In this document: positions 1-10,849 of the stretch, piece by piece | Numbering within the stretch: position 1 is the stretch's first letter | How the letters are laid out: each line of letters begins with the position of its first letter | Origin: Gracilinanus agilis | Lineage: Eukaryota | Length of the DNA stretch: 64,000 bases | NCBI RefSeq assembly: GCF_016433145.1 | Contig: NC_058130.1 | Coordinates: 149,651,596 to 149,715,595, forward strand | Direction of reading: 5' to 3' | Position numbers and translations under genes: made by a program | Notes under the pieces: generated by a model | What the model was told of the DNA's origin: nothing | Databases searched by the model: none | The model's input: the letters and a program-made list of their open reading frames with translations, nothing else

Positions 1-1076
1 AATTCATCCAGCTACCTGATTCATAAAGCACAGTTCTGCTCATGTCACTCCTCAGATGATGAAATATAAGTGGCTCCCTAAATGCCTTTAGGACAAAATA
101 TAAACACTTCTGTTTGGCACTTAATCTGACTTCAGTCTATCTTTTTCAGATCTATTACATATAACTCTCCTTTACACATCTACATTCCAGCCAAAGTGGC
201 TTACTTGACTGATGTTCCCATAGACACTATAATCAGTGATCCAATTCTGTGTTTCTATACCAAGTCATACTTCATAACTGAATATTCTACCCCTTTGCCT
301 CCTCTTTCTGGAATTCCTGGAATACCTCTATCTCAGTTTCAGTTTAAATACCATTTCCTTTTTAGAGGTCTTTTCTTTTTATCCTAACTGTTAATATTTA
401 TTAAAGCTTCCCCCCAAATGCTTTAACTATGTGGGTCTTATTAGAAGAAATAGATATTTCATAGCACAAACTATGCTGTGCTTCCTTAATCTTTTGATAG
501 TACTCTTTCCTCCCCATACTCTCTATAATATCTCTTGTATAAGGGCCCATGATCTGTGCATATGGTTTCTATAACACTGAAAAGACACATGGAGAAGACA
601 CCTTGGTTTCTCCATTCCAGGTATATTCTCTTCCCAATTAGATCATAAATCCTTTGAGGGCAAAGAGCTTATTTCATTCACTTCTAAAATCACTCCTTGC
701 CACCTATTCCTTGCATCATTGCCTAGCATAGTATTTTCCACACTGATGAGGACTGGTCCTCTTGATGTTATTGATCTATGTGACTTTATGGTGAAAAAAA
801 ACTCTCTCTAACAATGCAGGTTGACAAATTCTCTACAATTTATAGTTTTAGAGAGTTGTCTAGAGCAATGAGAAACAAAAGAAATTGTTAAAGGTAACAA
901 ATAATGGTCAAAAGTAGGACTTGAACTCTTGTCTTACTGGTTTTAAAGCCAACTTTCTCCATTATACTATGAGGCTTCTGACAGCTTAAGAAATATTTGT
1001 TTGATTTAACTGAACTTAAATAACTATGTTGTTTTCCTGAATTCAAACAAAATTATATTTGTTACACAATATAATG

Positions 1077-1195
1077 TAATAAGTTCCAAGTAATTGGGCC
1101 TCAGGGGCCCTGATCATGAAGTATAACAAAGTTTTCACTCTGTATATATCCAAGGCACAACTTTAAATTTCCTTAGAGACAAAGTAATCTCTAAG
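1077..1195 (+). promoter_or_regulatory. Candidate OR promoter module (paired homeodomain sites plus O/E-like sites) for the OR at 7742
   Basis: TAATAAGTT-ccaa-GTAATTGGGCCTCAGGGG, then 70 bp later CTTTAAATTTCCTTAGAGACAAAGTAATCTCTAAG. The same module with the same spacing lies upstream of all four intact ORs. Confidence 0.7.
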
Positions 1196-2355
1196 TACAG
1201 AAAGAGATTTAAATTGCTTTCTAGAATCTGTGACTGATTCTTTTGTGATTTGGAGGGCTGCTACTATGGGATCAGGACAGTGGTTCCCATTGTGTCTCTT
1301 GGCCAAATGAAATTTAGTTAAAAACAATCTACTTTCTTCCTTTATTTCCTATCCCTGAGCAACCTATACTTCCTTCAGTTCATTACAGTTGGAATAATTC
1401 TATTTTGGCACAATTTGAAAATTATTTCTAACAAAACTTAAAATTCAAATGTAAATAAGACCATAAAATTCTGAAGCAACATATTTTTCCATTAAAACTA
1501 ATTTTTGGTAACCCATCATCACTCTAAAGGAGCTTCCTTGTAGGAGGCAATCAGTTACTTGAGAAAGAAAATCAAGACAAAGCAATCTGCACTGTGTTGA
1601 AGTCTAAGAGGAAAGACAATCTCCCAACAAGAGGTAAATGGCTATAAAGACTAAAGACATAATCACTCAATATTCTGGTTCATAGAGATCAGTAAGGCTA
1701 AGCCTTTCTCTTTGTGTATGGACTTTTTCTTGATGCAAAGTGATTCTTGGACAAAATTGCAGATTCTTAGCTAGATCATCTAGACAGAGGGACAAGAGGG
1801 AGTGAGAAAATAAAAAAGTCAAAATTCTATAGAAAAAAGGAATGTACAAACTGAACAAAGATGAAGAACTAGGCCACTAATTTACACTTGCAGGAATTAA
1901 TACCCAAGTAAGGCCTGGAAATCCTGTTTTCACAGAGTATGGAGAGAATGATAAATATGGGAAAATTCATTAAATTATACAATATTTGTATTGCTCCCAT
2001 GTCAAGTATTATTTATGATCAAATAAAGTTGTTTGTTCTGTCTCCTAGAAGAGATAGTAGAGAAGGTGTAATAACATTTCTTATTTTTCTGGTTTTCAAA
2101 GACTGAAAAATGAATAAAAGAATGCATGAATAAAAAATCATTTCCTAAGTACTTGTTCTGTGCAGAACACTGTACTAAGCTCTGAGGATATAAATTGAAA
2201 GGATTGACAATCCCTTTCCCTAAGAAATTTAATTTCTAATATAAGGAAATGGTACAGGCTGGAGGTTTTAGGTACAAGTACAATAGAAAATCCACATGCT
2301 CCATAGGGTGCAGCAAACAAACAAACACATCTTCTTTAACTCTACTTCTGATAAC

Positions 2356-2359
<4 letters not shown>

Positions 2360-2396
<37 letters not shown>
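2360..2396 (+). repeat. (TG)n microsatellite
   Basis: Direct reading; the paralogous tract at ~20323-20372 is interrupted by TA units. Confidence 0.95.
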
Positions 2397-2400
<4 letters not shown>

Positions 2401-3615
2401 TGTGTTATTAAACTATTTGGTAGCACTAAGGACACTGGTGTTGAGAAATTTGTTTCTTTTTTCTTCAACGAATATTACTGCTGAAGGAGTAAGGGTTATA
2501 GCACCTGTAGAGGTAGTTTTCAAATGTCATCCCCACAAGTCTTGATTCCTTGGATGATGGTTTCAAGGGCTAGGCTAGAAGCAAGACCATCGGTCTGTTT
2601 CTTGAAGAGACGCCCCACCTAAGCAGCTAAAAAGCAAGATAATAGGCATGACGGATCCTAGTATCTATATTTCCAATGTAAAGTTAGTAATGATGAATAA
2701 TTCATAGATTATAGATATCTGAATGGAATAATTCTAAGACCCAGTGGTAGAGAACAGTGAATGAGGGGTCATAAATACACCTGAGACATCAAGATTAATT
2801 GTGTTTAGTGTAAAAGTAAGTAGATTTGTAATGCCCATGAAAACTTGAACTAAGTGATAAAATCCCTCCAAATCAAGAACGTGTAATTCTAAAGTAAGTT
2901 AACAACTGTTCCTTGTACTGGATATCAAAGTTTTGCCATACTGGGAACATTTGGTAGATGTAGAAAACAGAATATTTGAGGGCTCTGGTTCTGGTGACAA
3001 GACAGGCTAAAAGGTCAGATGGAAGATATGAGGTAATACTAACATCATTGTCTGTGCCCTAAGTATTGTCAGGATTCTTCTTAAAAATTTGATCTCTTTA
3101 TTCCTAGAAATAATATTTGTGGATACCAGGCATCTCCTACCTAATAGGTGGTATCAGTTGGTATATACAAAAATAACCTTTGCCCTAGGATCTGTACTTA
3201 TTAATTCTTCGTTTTTATATTCTTATGACTTCCTGCATCCTATACACTGCCTCTTTGCCAAGACCTGCCTTTGACTTATCTCTGTATTTGAATGCTTGCT
3301 TGACTGTAGTATGGTATCTGATTGCCTGAGTTCATACCATTGACATTCTTATCCCACCTTGAAGAAATGACTTGCTCAACAATAGACCTTCAACATAAAT
3401 CAAATTAGGGGCAAGACTGAAATGTACTTTGAGGCAAGGGAAGATAGTTCTGGGAGCAGTGTTCATTGAAAATAGATGCTTCTCTTCAATATAGCTAGGA
3501 TGGGCACAACAACTAGGAAAGTCATTAGTGTAACTGTGATAGAAAAGAGCAGAACGAAAAGAAAATTTTACACCTAGAACAGGTATTCCAGAATGTCACC
3601 GAAGACACTTTATAG

Positions 3616-3821
3616 CAGGGGTCGGCAACGTATGGCTCTCGAGCCATATCTGGCTCTTTTGAGGGCCAGATATGGTTCTTTCTGCAGGAGCCATAAAGTT
3701 AATTTTTTTCAGGCGCTGTTACAGGATCATGCACTGTGAGCACTGTATGACTCTCACAAAATTACCTTTTAAAAAATGTGGCATTTATGGCTCTCAAGGC
3801 CAAAAAGGTTGCCGACCCCTG
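3616..3821. mobile_element. Non-autonomous hAT (Charlie-like) MITE, 206 bp
   Basis: TIR CAGGGGTCGGCAAC...GTTGCCGACCCCTG; perfect 8-bp TSD CTTTATAG at 3608-3615 and 3822-3829. Confidence 0.93.
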
Positions 3822-4772
3822 CTTTATAGGAATGCATACGTATTCTCTTGTGAACAATAATATAACTTAAAAGCTCAATGTTTTTGACTAAAACTTGTTT
3901 TTATTTGTTTTATAGAACATTTCCCCCCCTCAGTTTTGAGGCTAAATAGTATATTCCTATATGCTAATTGAATTCTGATTGTGAATGAGGAAGACATGAA
4001 CTAATATTTCTAATAATCACTTAATAAATAATTGTTGATTTGTCTAGATAAGTGACTTTAATCATGTCCTTCTGCAATATTTGACACAGTTCTAAGAGAT
4101 CATTGAGTATTCTACTTCAGAGATGGCAGGTGTAAGGCTATACTACCAAGAATAATAGACTTTAGAGTATGTTGGAGTCTCTGGCCCTTTGTGAAAGAGT
4201 TCATTTCAAAAAGAAATTAAGTTTGTAGAGGACCGACTGAGAATATGTGGAAATAAGAAGAGCCATTATTAATATGGAAGCATCTAACTCTAAATCAGAA
4301 TGTGAGCCATTGCATGTAAGCATAGATATGTTCCAGGTATGGATCCCTGAACAATGCAAGGCTTTATTTTGAGCTACTACTCCAAATTGCAAGAGATTTT
4401 GGGTCACCTCTTGAGGAAAATCTCTGCTTAAAAATCGTATAGATAACTGAGAAATATTTCAATTCAAGGAATGGGTGACACTTAAGCCTTGTGCCTGGTA
4501 AGCAAGTTTAAGCACTTGGTTTGTCCTACAAAAAATGCCTCCTTAGAGATTCACCATAATAATGAAACTGGTAAGTGTATATATTTGACAGACAGAACTC
4601 CAACCCATTTCTACCCCGCTGGGTGCTCTTCACATAGCAAAAACAATACTTAGGCCAATGTGAAATGGTTCAAAGCCAAAGCATAGATGTGGGGAGAATA
4701 GGAGAGAGAGGAGAACAGTGGTGAAATGTCATTTTTACCGAAAATAATCCAGAGTTAAACTGATTAAGTGGG

Positions 4773-4905
4773 AAACCAGGTGGTGCAAGTGGATAGAATC
4801 CTGAGCCTGGAGTCAAGAAGACCTAAATAGAAATCTGGCCTTAGTCACTTATTAGCTATGTGACCATAAACAAGTTGCTTAATTATATTTATCTCAGTTT
4901 CCTCC
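4773..4905 (+). mobile_element. MAR1/MIR-type core SINE fragment (paralogue at ~22740-22872)
   Basis: ggtggtgcaagtggatagaatcctgagcctggagtcaagaagacct...gtgacc...ctcagtttcctc, the tRNA-derived core-SINE pattern. Confidence 0.7.
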
Positions 4906-5824
4906 TTCCAGATTTTTCCCCTTTCTGAAAGTAGATACAACAAACTGACTGATTCCTACTAGACTTATCTCCCATGATTGAGCTAATCAATCATATAACT
5001 ATAGATGCTACCAAAAGAGTCATCACAACTAGAAGGGGGTGGTAAGAGTATTAATGTGGTGACATAACTAGGGGGAGGGGGGTTGAAAGAAGATGTGTTT
5101 AATTAGAGAATAAAGAATATTTTAGGTTAACTCAAAAAGAGATGAGTATAAAACATTTAACCAAGGTTATCAATGGTATTTTTCTCTGTTTTTTAGCTTA
5201 GGGTGGTAGATAAAGTAGACTAGCAGTTCACAGGACAATATATGATCTATAATGCACTCCGTGCTCTCGATGTTGGTAAAGTGATCCCTAAAGGAATTCT
5301 ACACATTTACATTACTTTAGATTGTGATTATTAAAACAAGTTGATTTTTTCATAAACATGTGGCCAAGCCTGCTGAAACCACTTAACTAATACCATCTTG
5401 TCTTGGAGGCATCAGCAATCAAAGTGTCAGCATCCAAACTGAAGGTTCTGGTTTTGTAACTTGGCCATGAGGTAATTGCTGTCCATGGTGCTGATGTAGC
5501 TGGCCTAGAGGCATCTGACAGCTGACCAATGCAGAAAGATATAACATGCCAATGTCCAGCTATTACTTAAAGGACCCTTCAGCTGTTCCATCAGTCTGTG
5601 AAGCTGTCAGTGGTAGGTGCTAGACTTCAGGTCAGAAGAAAAAAAGTGGAATATTATCATTGTTAATTATCATCTATAGTATTTTCTATCAACTAGTTGA
5701 AGATTCTTCGGAGTGTTAAATTCTAGGTGTGTTGGTTAGACCTACCCCTTTGTAGCACACTTGTTACTAAACATGTGACCCTGAAGTGATTGGTGGTCAG
5801 AGTCTTTATTCATGGTGTTACGTG

Positions 5825-5826
<2 letters not shown>

Positions 5827-5872
<46 letters not shown>
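5827..5872 (+). repeat. (GT)23 microsatellite, same length as its paralogue at 23794-23839
   Basis: Counted 46 nt in both copies. Confidence 0.95.
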
Positions 5873-5873
<1 letters not shown>

Positions 5874-7741
5874 TGACTGTCTGGTTTTCCTGGGAAAGGT
5901 AGTTCTCATTCTCAGCTATAGGAATGATCCTCTTCTGGACCTAGTATACCTGAACTGATGATGTTCTATCTCAAAACACATCCTAATCAATGTGATAGAA
6001 AATCATTAGTTCAGGTACACTAGGTCCAGAAGAGAATCATTTACTTTCAAGAATGGGGATGCTCAATTTAAGCTATTCTCTGTGCACATATATAAGTTAA
6101 TCTCTAACTGCCATAGCTTCAATTAGGAAATGTAATGGTAGAAAGAAAATGATAGTAGGAATGAATTAAGGACCCTGAGAAATTCCTGAAAAAACTGTGG
6201 AAATGGAAATGCATTAGAAAACTATATGATCAAACACGTAGTACATTAGGGATATGATTGGGGTTTTGATGTTAAAGGGTTGTTCTACTTCAGATATGAA
6301 TAACATGGAAATAGGTTTTAAACAATGATACATTTATATCCCAGTGGAAACGCTTGTCAGATTCAGAAAAAGGGAGGAAAGCCTGGGGGGGGGGAAGGGA
6401 GAATCATGAATCTTGGGACCATGGAAAAATATTCTAAATAAAAAAGGGGGGAAATTCTTCCAGTATTCAGTTGAATTATTGGAGAAATTATGGGAGGAAT
6501 TGAATGAAGATTCGAGGATGGACTCACTGATTCATGGGTGAAAGGTATTTGTATTTAGGGTGTTTGTGTGTGAGTACATTTGCACCATACTGTCATATGA
6601 GTTAGGTCTAAAAGAAACATTGTAGATCATCTACTCCAGCCTCTCCTATTTTAAAGGTAAGGAAATTAAGGCATAGAGGCTACTGAATGGGTTAGAAATA
6701 TTTCTCATAAGATTCATTTCAGTGGCTCTAATCAAATAAACACATACACAAAGGTAAAGTAGGAAACCAATGATACTTTTTTTCCATTACCTTTTGTACT
6801 TTGTCCTTTTTTTCCAGCCCCAATTTTCATAATATCTTGCACAGACCTTTGGAAGCAAATGGATAATTTAATCTCTAAACATCAAATTTGACTAAATAAT
6901 TGTTCATAGATATTATAGTAAATGGAGAGTAATCAAAAAGTACTAGGAAGTACCTAAGGACAAATAAAAATGTTTGGTCTTGCCTCCTTTTCTCTTTTCC
7001 CTCACTAGATAAAGAAATTCTGTTTATCCACTCTGGTTGGAAGATATGTAAATTTTTCTCAGTCATATGAAGAGACTGGGGTACCAGTGTATCAAAGCAT
7101 ACCCAAGAGGGATTAGGATCCTATCAAACTAGATATAGAACCCTATGTTGGTCCATAACCCATTTTCATTCTAGTTAAAGGAATGTTTGTATGATCATAT
7201 TTATGGATAATGTAAATAATTTTATATTTGGTTAAAATGAGTTATTTACATGCACTTTCATGTTTATACTATATGAGGCATTAGTAAAAGTTTATGTGTT
7301 CATAAATATTCACTAAATATTTCCTAGTCTCATTCTGCCTTAATAGGAAATTGATGTATTTACTGGGAGGGTATTGAATATAACCCTGTATTGGGTCAGT
7401 CATTGTTTTACAAACCTTAATAATTCCTATGTCTAGAAAGCCTATTATGGGCTGCAATGTCATCACAGAGCTGTGTGTGTATGTGTGTGCATGTGTGCGT
7501 GTGCGTGTGTGAATATGTGTTTGTTTAATACTGCTGGGGTAAATATGAAAGCACTTTGACAGAGTTGGGAGAATGGGCACTGTACAAAATTTAGCTTGGA
7601 TATTGGAAATTTTTAATTAATGGGCATATGTCAAATACAGGATTCCCAAAAGTATAAGTGATATTTGAATTCATTATCATATGATAAATTTGATCCCTTG
7701 TCTCCTTATCTGAAATATTGTAGGTGGAAGAGAGAGAACAA

Positions 7742-8680
7742 ATGGAAAGACAAAATAAGACCACTGTGACTATATTCTTTCTTCATGGCCTTGATGGGTA
7801 TCCTGTATTTTACTTTATTTTTTTTCTGCTATGCCTTATCATGTACATTGTCATCCTATTGGGCAACAGTTTCCTCATTACAGTTAGCATCCTGGACTCT
7901 CACCTCCATACTCCCATGTACTTCTTTCTCAGTAATCTCTCTTTTCTGGACATCTGCTACACATCTTCTTCAATTCCCATGTTACTGGTGAACTTCCTTT
8001 CAGAGGAAAAATCTATTTCTTTCATTGGATGTGGGGTACAAATGTTCTTTTCATTTGCCATGGGAGCCACAGAGTGTGTGCTCTTGGCTATAATGGCATA
8101 TGACCGTTATTTGGCCATTTGCAAACCTCTGAGGTACCCTATCATCATGAACAAAGGACTCGGTGTGAAATTGGTGACAAGTTGCTGGATGGCAGGTGGA
8201 TTTACCTCAGTGATACAAACCACCTTAACTATGAAGTTGTCATTTTGTGGGAATATCATTGATTATCTTACATGTGAGATCCTGGCTGTGTTGAAATTGT
8301 CCTGTGATGATATTTCCCTCAATGTGACAGTAATGATGATATCAAACATCTTCATAATAGTTATTCCAGTAGTATTTATATTCATCTCCTACTTTTTCAT
8401 CCTCATTACCATCCTGAGAATCAATTCTGCTGAAGGGAGGAAAAAAACCTTTTCTACATGCTCATCCCATCTGACTGTAGTGATCATGTTTTATGGGACC
8501 ATCTTATTCATGTACATGAAGCCTGAATCCAAAGACTCCCATGCAACAGATGAGATGATTGCTCTCTTCTATGCTGTGGTCATTCCCATGCTGAACCCCA
8601 TCATTTATAGTCTAAGGAACAAAGATGTGAAAGCAGCTGTGAAAAAGCTCAGCAAAAATATCTTCTCACAGAGAATATGA
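7742..8680 (+). CDS. Olfactory receptor, class II family 13 (OR13C-like), 312 aa, intact
   Basis: Motifs [35 protein letters not shown] and [12 protein letters not shown]; N-K-T sequon at residue 5. The true start is the ATG at 7742; the ORF-track GTG at 7724 directly follows a splice acceptor (AG 7722-7723). Confidence 0.95.
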   Translation: MERQNKTTVTIFFLHGLDGYPVFYFIFFLLCLIMYIVILLGNSFLITVSILDSHLHTPMYFFLSNLSFLDICYTSSSIPMLLVNFLSEEKSISFIGCGVQMFFSFAMGATECVLLAIMAYDRYLAICKPLRYPIIMNKGLGVKLVTSCWMAGGFTSVIQTTLTMKLSFCGNIIDYLTCEILAVLKLSCDDISLNVTVMMISNIFIIVIPVVFIFISYFFILITILRINSAEGRKKTFSTCSSHLTVVIMFYGTILFMYMKPESKDSHATDEMIALFYAVVIPMLNPIIYSLRNKDVKAAVKKLSKNIFSQRI

Positions 8681-9665
8681 GATACTATATATATCAATTA
8701 TGCAAAATGAATAAATAATAAACTATCCACATTCAGAACCATTGTTTCAAAGTCTTATTATCTCCCTCTGCCACTGACACTCTTTAGCATAGCCACATAT
8801 AGTAAAGAATAGTCATGGAAATGACTAGAATGAAGGATATTAAATATAAACTTTTTTTATTCTGTTGGAAAATAAAGGATTTAAGACTCAAAGACGTGAG
8901 ACCCTGATGATGGAACCAGGAATAAAAATGTAGAAAGTGGAAACAATATCAGAAGAAAACTTGCTAACAATTAATGCTGCCATGAAATGAAATGTGTTAT
9001 CTTGAGAGGAAATGAGTTGCCCCTAATTGAAAACTTCCAAGCATACTTGAGTAACCACTTGTTGTGTGTATTATAATGGAGGTTTCTTTGGGGTCTGACT
9101 TGAACTAAATGGCTGCTATAATGATAATAATATTGATAGCTAGTATTTCTATATTTTTAAAATTTTTCAAAATGCTTTACACAATTTATATTTAACTCTT
9201 CACATTGTTCTTTGAAGTATGTCCATTTTTATAAATGAGGTTGAGAAGGTAAATTACTTGCCTCTGGTCATACAGTGAGTGTTTAAGGTTAGATTTAAAC
9301 TCAGGTCTTTTGTCTCCATCCACAATATGACCTAATTGCCTAGATTCACTACAGTTTCCATATTCTGGGATTTGTGAATCTCTTTAATTAGAGAAATTCT
9401 ATATCTTGACCACATTTGTCCAACTTTATTTTGCATGATTTAACAAGTTAGTTAACTGCAAACAAGCACCTGTCAGTTTAGTCTTATTATTTTTATATAC
9501 ATATGTATGTATGTATGTATGTGTATATATATAAATATATATATGTGTATATATAAATATATATATATATATCATGTTCAGAATTGATTTCCAATTCTGA
9601 AAAATTTTTCCTAAGGTTTCTTACCAAGAAGTTGTTTCTTTTTTCTTGTTCATAAATGCAAATTG

Positions 9666-9852
9666 TTTTTTAAACCCTTACCTTCCATCTTGGATCTAAT
9701 ACTATGTATTGGTTCCAAGGAAGAAGAGTGGTAAGGGCTAGGCAATGGGGATTAAGTGCTTGCCCAGGGTCACACATCTAGGAAGTGTCTGAGGCCAGAT
9801 TAGAATTTAGAACCTCCCATCTCTAGGTCTGGTTCTCAATCCACTGAGCCAC
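9666..9852 (-). mobile_element. SINE1_Mdo-type SINE (shared with duplicate copy B at 27597-27778)
   Basis: Reverse complement reads ...ctcagtggattgagaaccagacctagagatgggagg...gtgtgaccctgggcaag...ggaaggtaagggtttaaaaaa. Confidence 0.85.
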
Positions 9853-10849
9853 AAAACTTACCGCATAAATGCAAATTCTAATCCTTTTTCATGTTCAAAC
9901 TTGGGTCTCATTTTTGGGGGGTCAAAATTGCCTCTCCTCTGTAGGTCACAGAGATACCTTTATGGTTATGTGCTTTCCTGTGAAATCTTGGATAATTTCT
10001 TACATGTTAAATTTGTTTATCTGATTAGATCTTATTTTTCAGAGATCAGGTCTCATTTGATATTAATTATGTACCTTGTGTTCACTTCAGTATTTAAAAC
10101 ACAAATTCCACTTAATAAATATTTGTGTATTTATAGGAAAATTTTTAAATTTGTTTTCATGAATGGTGCAATACCCTGGGAAGATTACTTTGTGTGGCCA
10201 GGTACATCTTATTTCAAAATTTATTGTTGTCATTATGACAATCATTAAAAATAATAGTTTTTATAAAGATAACAGAAAATTATTTATATAAATTTTGACA
10301 TTTGGCAAAATAGTTTCAAATCACCATGATATGGGTTCAAATTTCCAGCTCAGTTATTACTCAAGTGACCTCACTCAAGGCTCTTATTCTATCTGAGCCC
10401 TCTCTTTTCTTCTTTATAGGTGGTTAATGACATAATTTTAGAATTCTCTTCCAGCTCTAAATCTATAGTCCTATAAAATTCGAGCTTCAGTTAAGCCTTC
10501 TAACCATCCTGCAAAGTAGTTTTTATTATACTTATTTTTATTATAAAATGTTTATTATATTTAGTCATTGTTTATTATACTTATTTTATAGAAAAGGAAA
10601 TTAATGTTTAGAGAGGTGACTTGTCCCAAAGTCAGATAGTACATGGGAAATTCACGACTACAAGTCAGCTCTTATAACTCTAAGTTAGTGAGAGATATGA
10701 CATTCTTGCAACCAGGTGTTCATGTTCACTGCATGAAGGTCCACACCTTCCCCAAACACACTTCTTACCTATATTTTAAATGAAAACTGATATTGCCTTT
10801 GCCATTCAAAAGACTTTGTGATGGGTACAATTTTTAACTACCATATCCT

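Larger units (their letters stand above)
2791..9209 (+). repeat. Near-identical tract shared with 20758-27181 (probable gene-conversion tract)
   Basis: Only four differences seen by eye in ~6.4 kb: T3089/C21056, poly-G of 10 vs 14 nt, a 1-nt indel near 7572/25543, and A8760/G26732. Confidence 0.88.

Noticed and set aside
2360-2396. (TG)n tract as the boundary or trigger of the conversion tract
   Set aside because: Identity is already about 96% to its left (from ~2030) and the near-perfect tract only starts ~400 bp to its right, so it does not mark an edge.
2249-2545. ORFs with CVCVCV or HTHTHT runs (also 7281-7580, 20233-20513)
   Set aside because: They are translations of (TG)n microsatellites.
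3672-3860. 62-aa ORF repeated at 21639 and resembling 28257-28559
   Set aside because: It is a chance reading frame through the non-coding hAT MITE; the recurrence reflects the repeat.
4340-4576. O/E-like sites (TCCCTGAA, CCTCTTGAGG) and a perfect donor CTG|GTAAGT at 4571 as the OR promoter
   Set aside because: It lacks the module shared by all four genes. It could still be an internal UTR exon, but there is no independent support.
7724-7741. ORF-track N-terminal extensions (GTG start at 7724 and 25696; MSFPKFCRCHSQSN at 39692; GTG at 57854)
   Set aside because: They begin at or cross splice acceptors or use non-ATG starts; the canonical OR N-termini start at the downstream ATGs.
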